Virus record (IMG/VR): IMGVR_UViG_3300045747_000653
Location: 8,434-72,433 of that record
DNA: 64,000 nt
DNA from: a virus
Direction: 5' to 3' (one strand)
This document shows positions 52,944-62,120 of this stretch, in pieces. Each line of letters begins with the position of its first letter. Positions within the stretch are counted from its first letter, which is position 1. The translations under genes were made by a program, and so were the position numbers. The notes below the pieces were generated by a model, which worked only from the letters and a program-made list of their open reading frames with translations, did no database searches and was not told where the DNA came from.

Positions 52944-54142
52944 CCGAGGAGGTCCTGGTGCCGAAGGACTGGAGCGCCCGCGTCCAGCAGAGGGGCGGGA
53001 AGCTGTACGTCGAGTTCAAGGAGAACGGCCGCTGGGTCCAGCGGGTGACGCCCTGCAAGGTCGGCGAGGAGAAGGCCGCCGAGTCCATCGCCAGGAAGAT
53101 CGAACGGGAGCTGAAGGAGCGAGAGGCCTTCGCCGACGAGACCGGGATCGTGACGGTCCGATCGTTCGGCGAGAAGTGGCTCGAGCGGCGCAAGCGGCTC
53201 CCGAGCTGGCAGGACGACGAGAGCCACCTGAAGCACCACATCTACCCGCGCTTCGGCGGAAGCCTGCTCGTCGAGGTGAAGCCGAAGATGGTCCGGAAGA
53301 TGATGGACGAGCTCGAGCTCGCCGGCCTGGCGCCCCGGACCCGGCGCAACATCTACTCGACCGGCCGGTCGCTCTTCCGCGCGGCCCAGTTCGAGGAACT
53401 CATCGTCGCGTCGCCGTTCATCCTCTCCCGCGAGGACATGCCGAAGCCGCGGGATGTCGATCCCCGGTGGCGCAAGACGGCGATCTTCCTCCCGACCGAG
53501 GTCGAGCAGCTCATCAGCGATGCGAGCGTCCCGCAGGACCGGCGTGTCATCTACGCGCTTCTGTTCCTCGGCTGCGCGCGGTTCGGCGAGATGGCCGCGC
53601 TCCGGTGGCGTCATATCGAGGCGCGGGTGCCGCTCGCCTGCCTCGAGATCAGCGCGAGCTACAACGTCCGCTCCAAGAAGGAGAAGGGCGTGAAGGCTGG
53701 CCCGGGACGGGAGGTGCCCGTCCACCCCACGCTCGCGAAGGTGCTAGCGGCATGGAAGCTCACCGGCTGGAAGGAGATGTTCGGCCAGGACCCGAAGCCG
53801 GACGACCTGATCGCGCCGAGCCGCAAGGGCAAGAACCGCTCGGTGAACCACGGCCTCAAGAAGTTCCACGAGGACCTCGAGCGGCTGGAGCTGCGCGTGC
53901 GGCGCCAGCACGACTCCCGGAGGACGTTCGCGACGCTGGCCGAGAATGCCTGCCGGGACCGCGAGGCGGTGAAGTGGATCGTGCATGGGCGGGCCGGCGA
54001 CGTGCTCTCGCAGTACACCGATGCCGAGTGGGACCGGCTCTGCGCCGCCGTCCTGTCGGTCAAGATCGAGCTGCGGGAGGGCAGGGTGCTAGCTCTGGGC
54101 CCGACCCCGAATCTCCTGCAATCTCCTGCAAGCGTTTCCTGA
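52940..54142 (+). CDS. int: Tyrosine integrase
   Basis: GCARFGE (R), HDSRRTFAT (HxxR), VHG...QY (H/Y). Confidence 0.93.
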   Translation: MTEEVLVPKDWSARVQQRGGKLYVEFKENGRWVQRVTPCKVGEEKAAESIARKIERELKEREAFADETGIVTVRSFGEKWLERRKRLPSWQDDESHLKHHIYPRFGGSLLVEVKPKMVRKMMDELELAGLAPRTRRNIYSTGRSLFRAAQFEELIVASPFILSREDMPKPRDVDPRWRKTAIFLPTEVEQLISDASVPQDRRVIYALLFLGCARFGEMAALRWRHIEARVPLACLEISASYNVRSKKEKGVKAGPGREVPVHPTLAKVLAAWKLTGWKEMFGQDPKPDDLIAPSRKGKNRSVNHGLKKFHEDLERLELRVRRQHDSRRTFATLAENACRDREAVKWIVHGRAGDVLSQYTDAEWDRLCAAVLSVKIELREGRVLALGPTPNLLQSPASVS

Positions 54143-54145
54143 CAA

Positions 54146-54184
54146 CAAAAAGGCCCGTAAGCATCTCTGCTTACGGGCCCAAAA
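54146..54184 (-). terminator. Rho-independent terminator downstream of the tRNA 3' fragment
   Basis: Perfect 12-bp stem GGCCCGTAAGCA/TGCTTACGGGCC (54152-54179) followed by a U-tract on the minus strand. Confidence 0.8.
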
Positions 54185-54185
54185 C

Positions 54186-54211
54186 TGGCGGGGTGTACGG
54201 GACTCGAACCC
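54186..54211 (-). other. att core: 3' end of a tRNA (probably tRNA-Asp), not a complete tRNA
   Basis: GGGTTCGAGTCCCGTACACCCCGCCA is T-arm, acceptor 3' strand, G73 and CCA; no matching 5' half upstream. Confidence 0.75.
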
Positions 54212-54370
54212 CCGAGCCCCGGGTTGCGTCATTGGCTGTCTTTCGGCGTTATCTCAAGATCGCGGCATGTTGCGACGTTGTAGTCCGGGCCTGACGGGTT
54301 TCTGACGCTGGTTCTTGCAGGAGATGCAGGAGATGGCGATCGCGAGCCGCCCGAGGGCGCGCTCGAGCTC

Positions 54371-56707
54371 TCACGCCGCCGTCGCGTGCGCCGTCGAGAC
54401 GAGCGTCCCGAACGCCTGCACGCTCTCCGTCCCGTCCGGCTCCACGAGCACCACGTCGTAGGCGAGGCTTCCCGACGCCGCGATGTCGCCGGCGCGAACG
54501 TAGATCCCGACGACGCCGGCCGCCTGATCCTGCACGAGGATGTCCTGCGACGGCCCGTACTTCTGGAGCAGCATCGCGCCGTCGAGCTTGCGCCGGACCC
54601 CGAAGCGCAGGGTCGCGCCGGCGAGGTTGATCGGCGTCCGGCCGTTGCGACGCCGGCAGGCGACCACGATCGCGAAGGATGCGCCGGCGGCGACCGAGAG
54701 GTTGCGCGAGGCCGTCATGCTCCTCGCGCCCGTCGAGACGACGACCCCGCCGTCGCGCCTCGGGGCGGCCCGGTCCGCGAGGGCGAGCGCCACCGCGCCC
54801 GTCGTGTTTTGGACGTGGACGAGTTCGAGGAAGGCGCCGAGGTCGATCGACAGGGCGCACGAGGCCGCGAGAGCATTCTGCGCGCCGACCGTGCCGGCCA
54901 GCGAGAGCGAGATGGCGTCGCCGGCGAGGAGCCCGTAGAGCGCCCGCGGGGTGCCTGCATCGCCGAGCGAGAACCCGGAAGCGGCCGCGATGGGCCGGTC
55001 GGGGACCGCCGCGTCGCCGAGGTGGAGCGCCGAGGCTCCCGTGAGCGGGACCGCTTCGAGCGGCGCTGCGCCCAGGTCGAGACGAAGCGGGGCCGGGCCC
55101 GCGAGGGCGCTGGCGGACTTCGGCGGCGCCGCAAGGGCCAGCGAGATCGAGACAGGGCAGCCGGAGGTCGCCCCTGCGCCGGGAGCGCCGGCGGCGGACA
55201 GGGAGAGCGACGACGCGCCGGTGAGTTGGAGGAACGTCCCGGAGGCCGGAGCGGCTCCGAGCGCCAAGGAGAGCGCGTCCGAGCCGGAGATGGACTCCGC
55301 GGCCGCCGGCTGCGCCGAGCCGGCGATGGAGATGGCGCCCGCGCCGGACAGCGCGCCCGAGGAGGTGAGCGACGGGACCGAGGCGTGGACGAGTTGGAGC
55401 CCGGACGCGCCCACGAGCGCGTCGGCGGCGGCCGGCGTGGATGCGTGGGCAAGCCGCTCGCTGATCGCCGAGGCGAGGGAGGCGGCCTCTGCCGGGGCGG
55501 ACGAGCCGGCGAGCGAGATGGGTCCGGCGACGGCGACCGCCTCGGCTGCGGCCGGAGTCGCTGTGCCCGCGAGCGCGAGCGCGTCGGCCGCGGAGAGTTG
55601 ACCGGCGGCGGCGACGGAGCCGGACGCGGCGAGGGAGATCCCCTCGGCGCCGGACAGGGCGCCCGCGGCCGTGGGCGTCGCCGTCTCGGCGAGGCTGATC
55701 GCGGAGGCGCCGGAGAGCGACCCGGAGGCGCCCGTGCTGATGCCGCCCGAGAGCGCGGAGGAGATCGAGGACGCGCCGGTGAGCGCGTCGGCGGAGGTCG
55801 GAGCGGCCGCGTCGGCGAGAGCGAGCCCGACGGCGGCCGAGGGGCCGATCCTGGGCGCGGCGGCGAGTGCGACCTGGAGTGCGTCGGCGGCGGTCGGTGC
55901 AGCCGCCGCGACCGGCACGGCGGCGTCGGCGAGCGAGGCCGTGACGGCGCCCTGCTCGGCGAGCGCCTGGGCTGGAACGCCGGCGTCGGCGAGCGCGATC
56001 GTGGTCGCGGAGGCGACGGCTCCGGCCGCGAGGGGCGGCGCTGCCGCTGCTAGGGCGATGGCCTCTGCGCCGGTGAGCGCGAGAGCCTGGGAGGGCGTCG
56101 CCGCTCCGGCCAGCGCCTCGGCGGCCGCGCCGGAGATGGAGTCTGCGCTCGTTGGAGTCGCAGCCCCGGCCAGCGCGACCGCCGAGTTACCAGCAAGGGC
56201 CCCGCTCGCTCCCGTGCTGATGGCGGAGGCGTGGGCGAAGGAGATCGAGTCGGCGCCCGCGAGGGCAAGACCGGCCACGGGCGTGCCAGCGTCGGCGATG
56301 GCGATGGCGACCGCGCCGGTCTTGGCCTGCCCGAAGGAGATCGCCGATGCGTCGGCGAGAGCGACCGCCGAGGCCGCGGTGAGTGCATCGGCGCCCGCCG
56401 GCGTCGCCGCGAGGGCGCAGGAGATGGCCGCCGCAGACGCGAGGGCGCCGGATGCCTTCACGGTGGAGGCGTGGGCGAGCGACACCGCGTCGGCGCCGAC
56501 GAGCGCGAGAGCCTCCGTCGGCGCACCGGCGTCCGCCGCCGAGATCGCGTCCGCGCCGGTGAGTGCGTACTTGACCGACGGGGCGGCCGACAGCGCGAGG
56601 CTGACGCTGCCGGCTCCGGTGTCGGAGACGGGCCCGCCGCCACCCGCCGACGCGAGGTCGAGGATGACGGCCGTGATGATGCCGCTGCGGCGGGGCAGGA
56701 AGGCCAT
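54371..56707 (-). CDS. Ala/Gly/Ser repeat protein with C-terminal BppU-like adaptor domain
   Basis: ~20-aa repeats LxGxxAIxLAxxAxP; C-terminus paralogous to 60516..60878. Confidence 0.7.
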   Translation of the reverse strand: MAFLPRRSGIITAVILDLASAGGGGPVSDTGAGSVSLALSAAPSVKYALTGADAISAADAGAPTEALALVGADAVSLAHASTVKASGALASAAAISCALAATPAGADALTAASAVALADASAISFGQAKTGAVAIAIADAGTPVAGLALAGADSISFAHASAISTGASGALAGNSAVALAGAATPTSADSISGAAAEALAGAATPSQALALTGAEAIALAAAAPPLAAGAVASATTIALADAGVPAQALAEQGAVTASLADAAVPVAAAAPTAADALQVALAAAPRIGPSAAVGLALADAAAPTSADALTGASSISSALSGGISTGASGSLSGASAISLAETATPTAAGALSGAEGISLAASGSVAAAGQLSAADALALAGTATPAAAEAVAVAGPISLAGSSAPAEAASLASAISERLAHASTPAAADALVGASGLQLVHASVPSLTSSGALSGAGAISIAGSAQPAAAESISGSDALSLALGAAPASGTFLQLTGASSLSLSAAGAPGAGATSGCPVSISLALAAPPKSASALAGPAPLRLDLGAAPLEAVPLTGASALHLGDAAVPDRPIAAASGFSLGDAGTPRALYGLLAGDAISLSLAGTVGAQNALAASCALSIDLGAFLELVHVQNTTGAVALALADRAAPRRDGGVVVSTGARSMTASRNLSVAAGASFAIVVACRRRNGRTPINLAGATLRFGVRRKLDGAMLLQKYGPSQDILVQDQAAGVVGIYVRAGDIAASGSLAYDVVLVEPDGTESVQAFGTLVSTAHATAA

Positions 56708-56794
56708 CGGCTACCTCGGGACGGGAGTGGATCTACTGCGGCAGGCAGCCGGGGACGCAGGCGTAGATCGCCCAGAACCGAAGCCAGGGGAGCA

Positions 56795-57580
56795 TCACGG
56801 GCCTCCGACGCGGAACCCGAAGCGGCGGGTTGGCGCAAGGCGGGGGGCTGTTGCGCCGGACGGAGCGGCCAGGATCTCCAGGGCGACAGCGCCGAGGTCT
56901 GCGTTGGTCGTCACGGTCGCAGATCCGAACGTCACGGCACCGGGACCGCTGGTCAGGTAGCCCGCTGCCGCGTTCTCGTTGTCGGATGCCCACCCGATCT
57001 GCCGGATGTACGTCGTGTTTGCCAGCGCAGGCCAGGACGCGCCCGACAGCGACGACGCGACCCAGGCTCCCAGGATCAGCGATCCGGCGGCGTCGGCGGT
57101 GATCGTGATCGACGCGGCTACTGCCGGCGCAGCGTTCTGCGAGATCGACGCAGGGGACGAGCCGAACGGGTTCGCGATGTTGTGCCCGGTGAGAGCTGCG
57201 ACGTGAAACATGATGATCCCAGAGTCGGGCGCAGTCATGGTCAGCGTGATCGCCTGTGCGGTCAGTTGCGTTGGGGCCGACGCTGTCCAGATCTCGGCGA
57301 AGTTCCATACGCCGCCGCTACTGGCGCTGACTCGCTTCGTCCAAGCGAGCCCGCCGCCAGCAACAGACGAAATGTGGACGCCACCTGTGAACGGCGCATT
57401 CCCGCAGATCGCGACGATGAGCCGATCCGGCCCGCTCGTCGTGAGCGTGATGGTCGATGTCGTCACGTTGACGGTGCCGTTGCCGGCCACGCTGCCGTCG
57501 AGCCAAGAGCCGTCGAGAACCGGATCGGCTCTCGCCTCGTTTGCGATCAAGAGCAGGAGGAGCGGAAGAACGCGGCGCAT
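56795..57580 (-). CDS. Beta-rich protein with Sec signal peptide
   Basis: MRRVLPLLLLLIANEARA/D; RBS GGAGG. Confidence 0.7.
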   Translation of the reverse strand: MRRVLPLLLLLIANEARADPVLDGSWLDGSVAGNGTVNVTTSTITLTTSGPDRLIVAICGNAPFTGGVHISSVAGGGLAWTKRVSASSGGVWNFAEIWTASAPTQLTAQAITLTMTAPDSGIIMFHVAALTGHNIANPFGSSPASISQNAAPAVAASITITADAAGSLILGAWVASSLSGASWPALANTTYIRQIGWASDNENAAAGYLTSGPGAVTFGSATVTTNADLGAVALEILAAPSGATAPRLAPTRRFGFRVGGP

Positions 57581-57591
57581 TGTCGTGCCTC

Positions 57592-58866
57592 CTAGTTGTC
57601 GCTCTCGCAGTACATCATGATGAAGCTGATACCGAAGTTGGCCGCGGACCCGTTCGCAGCGTAGATGCGCGGAGCCAGGAACGACGTGTTGCTAGGCAGA
57701 CCGCCGACCGCGCTGAACGTGGTGGTACAGGATGCGATGTCCACATCCAGCCGCTTCAACTCCAGGCTCGCAGTCGTACTCGACGGGGCCGAGTAGATGG
57801 ACAGCGCGAACGTGGACGTGGGCGAGTTTTTCGCGAAGTTGGCGCCACAGTCCACGCACGTCGCGCTTCCGGTCGCGTCATTCCCACAGAGGGCGGCGGT
57901 GGTGGAGGCGCTTGACCAGCCCGCGAAGAGCGAAGAAGTCGCATTGACGACGGCCTGCGTCCCGGAGGGAGCGCCGATGTTTGTGGACAGCCCGATAAAT
58001 GCCTGCGACGTGGACAGCGGCACATGGTTGATCCAGCGAAACTGGCAAAAGAAGCCGCCCAGGCCCGCTGCGTTGCCTCGCCAGAAAGTCGCAGGGGACG
58101 AGACGTAGATGCCGGCTGCCGTGCCGTTGGTCGCGCCCGTGCTGTACGGGGCGCGCTTCGTAGACGATGCCATTGTGCCGCCGGAGAAAACGGCAGCGGC
58201 AGCCGTGCCTACGGCCGTGGTAGCCCATCCGGCGTCCGACTTGCCTGCGGACGCGCCCGTGAAGATGGTGTAGCCGACGCCGTTCGACCAGATGGCGGGC
58301 TGTGCGAACTGGTCAACCCCCGAGGGTGCCATCCACGCGAGCAGCGCCCGATTGGCTCGCGTCCTGGCGAACAACGTGGCCCCGTTGGTGGGCGGCGCTG
58401 GAATGGGAGACGAGGGCAGCGTCAGGTAGCCAGCCCCGTCGCTGGCTGCGTAGACGAGGCCGCCCAGCGAACCGCCGCCAGCATTGAACTGCACGCTCGA
58501 CGCGGACCCTCCAGGGGTGATGCCCGCGCTCGCGACGGTGCAGTCGGTCCTGGTGGATCCCGCGTTGTCGGCGCACGAGATGCCCGCCCCGGTGAAGTTG
58601 AGGTTGGTTCTAGCCGTCAGCGAAACGGCCTCGTCCTGAATCGTGTGCCCGCCGCCGCCGCCGCCCGAAGACGAAGACGGGCTGGAGATCGTGAGGATGC
58701 CGCCCGTCAGCGAGCAGGTCGAGCTACCGGAGCAGTTAAGAACCGTCGCCGCGCCGAGCGGCGTGCCTGCGTTCTGGGCCTGGAGCGGCATCTGCGAGAT
58801 GCCCGCGCCGACCAAGACCACGGAGACGAGGGCGGCGAGCCCGCCCATGAGGAATGATCGGCGCAT
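57592..58866 (-). CDS. Fibre-like protein with Tat-like signal peptide
   Basis: ATG 58866 with RBS GGGAG; MRRSFLMGGLAALVSVVLV; IQDEAVSLTARTNLNFTGAG fibre-type motif. Confidence 0.7.
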   Translation of the reverse strand: MRRSFLMGGLAALVSVVLVGAGISQMPLQAQNAGTPLGAATVLNCSGSSTCSLTGGILTISSPSSSSGGGGGGHTIQDEAVSLTARTNLNFTGAGISCADNAGSTRTDCTVASAGITPGGSASSVQFNAGGGSLGGLVYAASDGAGYLTLPSSPIPAPPTNGATLFARTRANRALLAWMAPSGVDQFAQPAIWSNGVGYTIFTGASAGKSDAGWATTAVGTAAAAVFSGGTMASSTKRAPYSTGATNGTAAGIYVSSPATFWRGNAAGLGGFFCQFRWINHVPLSTSQAFIGLSTNIGAPSGTQAVVNATSSLFAGWSSASTTAALCGNDATGSATCVDCGANFAKNSPTSTFALSIYSAPSSTTASLELKRLDVDIASCTTTFSAVGGLPSNTSFLAPRIYAANGSAANFGISFIMMYCESDN

Positions 58867-59141
58867 CAGTAGGCTCCCAGGTAGCGAATGGTGAACGTCG
58901 GGTCGGCCGGCGCCCCGCTGCTGGCCTCGAACGCGAGCGACATGGCGTCCTCGCGGAGGACGACCAGCGGAGGCGCGAGGCGCGCGGTGCCGGCGCACTG
59001 GAAGGCGACCGTCTCGCCTCCGATCATGACCTTCAGGGAACCGTCTGCGTCACCGCAGTCGATCGCGATGATGAGGCGGTCGGCTGACGGCAGGTTGTCG
59101 AACGGCTGCGCTGCGCCTGGAATCCACTGTGCGATGCTCAT
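58866..59141 (-). CDS. Small beta-rich hypothetical protein
   Basis: TGATG coupling; 91 aa. Confidence 0.55.
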   Translation of the reverse strand: MSIAQWIPGAAQPFDNLPSADRLIIAIDCGDADGSLKVMIGGETVAFQCAGTARLAPPLVVLREDAMSLAFEASSGAPADPTFTIRYLGAY

Positions 59142-59144
59142 GGG

Positions 59145-60212
59145 TCACCAATCGGAAACGCAGATCGTGATGGAGGCGCCGGTTTCGGAAATGAAGGCGA
59201 CGGCTCCCTTGTAGGTGCCGTCGAGGCTCAGAGACTGACCGGGTTCGAGCGGCATCTGGGTCGCGGTCGCCGTGCCGCTGAACGAGTAGCGAGCGCGGAC
59301 CGTGTTGGTCGAGAGCGATGTCGCCAGCGCGCCGATCCGGGCCGTGCGAGCCGCCAGCAGGGCGTTGGAGGTCGTCACGGCGGAGCAGGTTCCGGCCGTC
59401 GTTGCCGCGCTAGCCGTCGCTGGCGTGATCAGCAGGCCCGTCGAGGATGCGCCGCGCATCCGATCCCAGGTTGTCCCGTTGAACACCATGTTGTGCGCCT
59501 CGGTTTCCGCGGCCCCCGCGGTCACGACGGCCTCGGTGTCGATGTTGGTCCCGCCGCTGCTCGCGCGCTCCCAGGCGGTGCCGTTCCAGCCCAGTTGATA
59601 CGCTCCGGCCTTCATCGCGTCGGTTGGGTTTGCCAGCGCATCGCCGAGGGTTGTTGCGCCGCCCGTCGTCCCGGTGACGGCGAGAGGCTGCCCGCCGGAG
59701 ATCCCCTGGACCGTGACGACGCCGGCGGCAGGAGTACCGGCGGAGCCAGAGCCCTGAATCGCGTTGCCGATGGTGGGCGCGATCGTGGCGATCACCGTCG
59801 CGGCCGCGCTGCCGCTCGTGACGGCTGATGCCCGGACCCGGCAGTAGCGCGCTCCTCCGGCCAGCGCGACCGAGAGCGCCTTCGCGGCGCCGCTCGCAGT
59901 CGTGGTCGAGGAGAGCCCGTTGCCGAGCGAATCGACGAGCGCGGACCCGACCCACCCCACCCCGTCGTAGGAGTAGTCGGCCTTGACCGTGCCGACAAGC
60001 GTCGTCGAGGTCGGGATGTTGAAGCCGCAGCCGCCGGCGCCGGCAATCGCGACCTGCACGGTCGAGTTCGCGGGGCAGGCGTTGATCGAGGCGTCGGCGC
60101 AGGCCGCCGACAGCGTGCCGGAGGCGATCACGTCAGGCGTGAGCGTCGTGAAGGTGGCGGCGCCGGCCGACGCTGACAGGAGCAGGACGGCGAGAGCGAT
60201 GGGGGCGCGCAT
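59145..60212 (-). CDS. Beta-rich protein with Sec signal peptide
   Basis: MRAPIALAVLLLSASAGA/A; RBS GAGGAG; internal NGTxWxRxx repeat. Confidence 0.7.
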   Translation of the reverse strand: MRAPIALAVLLLSASAGAATFTTLTPDVIASGTLSAACADASINACPANSTVQVAIAGAGGCGFNIPTSTTLVGTVKADYSYDGVGWVGSALVDSLGNGLSSTTTASGAAKALSVALAGGARYCRVRASAVTSGSAAATVIATIAPTIGNAIQGSGSAGTPAAGVVTVQGISGGQPLAVTGTTGGATTLGDALANPTDAMKAGAYQLGWNGTAWERASSGGTNIDTEAVVTAGAAETEAHNMVFNGTTWDRMRGASSTGLLITPATASAATTAGTCSAVTTSNALLAARTARIGALATSLSTNTVRARYSFSGTATATQMPLEPGQSLSLDGTYKGAVAFISETGASITICVSDW

Positions 60213-60512
60213 TTAGGACTCCTCCTCGACGAAGAGCACGGTGTTGACGTTGGAGACGGCGTAGATGGCGATGGCGGGCCCGCGGGCGCGCTCCTCCATG
60301 ATCCCGGCCTGCATCGGCCAGCCGTTCGCGGCCGTGACGCCGGAGGTTGGCCCGAGGAAGACCTGGGCGGAGGTGTCGAGCGAGAGGCCGCGCCAGATGA
60401 GGGCGCTCGCGAGCCTCGCCCCGGCGGACCCGGCCCCGACGAGGGCTGGAGTTCCGGCTGTGAGCGCGATCTGTGCCGTCGCGGTGGCGGTGTTCGCGTA
60501 GGGGGTCGTCAC
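60213..60512 (-). CDS. Small jelly-roll-like virion protein
   Basis: VFLGPTSGVTAANGWPMQAG...AIYAVS pattern; paralogue-like of the C-terminus of 59145..60212. Confidence 0.55.
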   Translation of the reverse strand: MTTPYANTATATAQIALTAGTPALVGAGSAGARLASALIWRGLSLDTSAQVFLGPTSGVTAANGWPMQAGIMEERARGPAIAIYAVSNVNTVLFVEEES

Positions 60513-60515
60513 GGG

Positions 60516-60878
60516 CTACCTCGACGGGTGGTCGGTGAAGAGGAACTGGCCGAGGCCCTGGACCGACTCGGTGCCGTTCGCCTCGACGACCACAACGTCG
60601 TAGGCGAAGGCGCCGGCAGAGGTCGTGTCGGCGGGACGGAGGACGAACGTCACGAGGCCGTTGACGGCGTCGCTGAACGTCACGTCGGGGTTCGCTGCGC
60701 CGCCCTGCACGGCGACCTTCTGGACGACGAAGGCGACATCGGCGACCCGCTTCTTGATGCCGAACTTGACGGTCCCGCCGGTCAGGTCGATCGGGGTCGT
60801 GCCGTCCGAGCGGTTGCAACTCACGTTGATCGTCACCGTCTCCCCCGCGAACGCGGAGAAGTTTTGCTGGGTCGCCAT
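60516..60878 (-). CDS. Stand-alone BppU-like adaptor domain protein
   Basis: TPIDLTGGTVKFGIKK...AVNGLVTFVL.PADT...YDVVVV. Confidence 0.65.
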   Translation of the reverse strand: MATQQNFSAFAGETVTINVSCNRSDGTTPIDLTGGTVKFGIKKRVADVAFVVQKVAVQGGAANPDVTFSDAVNGLVTFVLRPADTTSAGAFAYDVVVVEANGTESVQGLGQFLFTDHPSR

Positions 60879-60887
60879 CCGGGCCTC

Positions 60888-62108
60888 CTACTGCTGGTTG
60901 GTTTCTGGGTCTGCCGCGCCCTGGAGCGCGAAGACCGAAGAGGCGGCCCCGGCGAGCGCGATCACGGGCCCTGCGCGGCCGACGAGAGCGGCGGGGCTTG
61001 ATCCTGCGTGGCCCGCGAAGGAAAGGGTCTTTTGCTGCACGCCAACGAGCGAAAGATTCGGCGCCGTTTTTCCGTTCAGCGGCAGCGGCCGGTCGATGTC
61101 GGCCGCCGCGAGGCCAGCGAGCGAGAGCGCGGCCAAGCCGCCAGGGCCGCAGAAGACCGCCGGTGCGCCGCCGAGCGAGAGCCCGAGGCCGGCCGTCGCG
61201 GAGCGCCCAGTGTCCGGCGTCCCCGCGAGGTCGAGGCGCAGGGTCGCCGCGCCGAAGACCGCCGCCGCGGGACCGCCGCCCAGGTCGATGCGGAGCGGTG
61301 CCGCCGCCCCCGCCGCCGCTCCCGCCGCCGCGACGCCGCTGCCGGCGAGCCCGAGTTGTGCTGCTCCCGACGCCGGGAGCGCGACAGCGGTCGCGGCTTG
61401 CGCGCCGACCTGTAGCCCCAGCCCGCCGGCCGGCTGCGTGGCGCTGGCGGGCGCCGCGGCAGCGACAAGGAGCGCCCCGGCCGTGCCAGCAACCGGGATG
61501 GACGCCGCCGGAACAGCCGAACCGGCGAGCTGGAGCATTTCTCCTGCCGCCGGTGTCGCGAGCGCGACCGGCGATCCTGCGAGGGCGAGCGAGACGCCGA
61601 CCGGGGCGCCGGGGGATGCCGAGGCGAACGGTTCGGAGATCCCGAATAGTTGGATCGCCGCACCAGCGAGCGGCGACGCCTGGGCCGACGCCTGGGCGCT
61701 GGCCCCGATCGGCAGGCCGTCCGCGCCGAGCAGCGCCTCCTTGGCTGCCGGCGCAGCGCCGAGCGAGAGCGCGATCGGCGAGGTGGCGCCGAAGAGTTGA
61801 GCGATGGCGGCCGCGCCCGAGAGCCGGAGCCCGGAGGCGCCCGAGAGAGGTGCGCTCGGGACCGCGGCGCAGGCGAGGGCGATGACGCCCGCTGCCGAGA
61901 TCGGCCGGTCGGCGACGGCACCGCCGGCGAGCGCGACAGCCGACGCGCCGGACAGCGCGCAGCGGCTGGTGATCGTCGCCCCGGCCGCGAGCCCGACCTG
62001 CGCCGGGCAGGTGATGGGCCTCGACGGGATCGCCGCGCCCGAGAGCGAGAGCGTGACCGAGCCAGCCAGCGCGAGCACCGGGCTGCGGAGGAGAAGGAGG
62101 ACCGTCAT
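60888..62108 (-). CDS. Ala/Gly/Leu repeat protein, paralogue 2
   Basis: Same repeat register as 54371..56707. Confidence 0.65.
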   Translation of the reverse strand: MTVLLLLRSPVLALAGSVTLSLSGAAIPSRPITCPAQVGLAAGATITSRCALSGASAVALAGGAVADRPISAAGVIALACAAVPSAPLSGASGLRLSGAAAIAQLFGATSPIALSLGAAPAAKEALLGADGLPIGASAQASAQASPLAGAAIQLFGISEPFASASPGAPVGVSLALAGSPVALATPAAGEMLQLAGSAVPAASIPVAGTAGALLVAAAAPASATQPAGGLGLQVGAQAATAVALPASGAAQLGLAGSGVAAAGAAAGAAAPLRIDLGGGPAAAVFGAATLRLDLAGTPDTGRSATAGLGLSLGGAPAVFCGPGGLAALSLAGLAAADIDRPLPLNGKTAPNLSLVGVQQKTLSFAGHAGSSPAALVGRAGPVIALAGAASSVFALQGAADPETNQQ

Positions 62109-62120
62109 GTCGGCCTCCCG

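Larger units (their letters stand above)
54111..54334. other. attP: arm-type repeats plus tRNA 3'-end core
   Basis: ATCTCCTGCA x2 (54111-54130) and inverted TGCAGGAGAT x2 (54316-54334) flank the core at 54186-54211. Confidence 0.8.

Noticed and set aside
54186-54260. Complete tRNA gene
   Set aside because: Only the T-arm and acceptor 3' strand are present; no D-arm, anticodon arm or matching 5' strand
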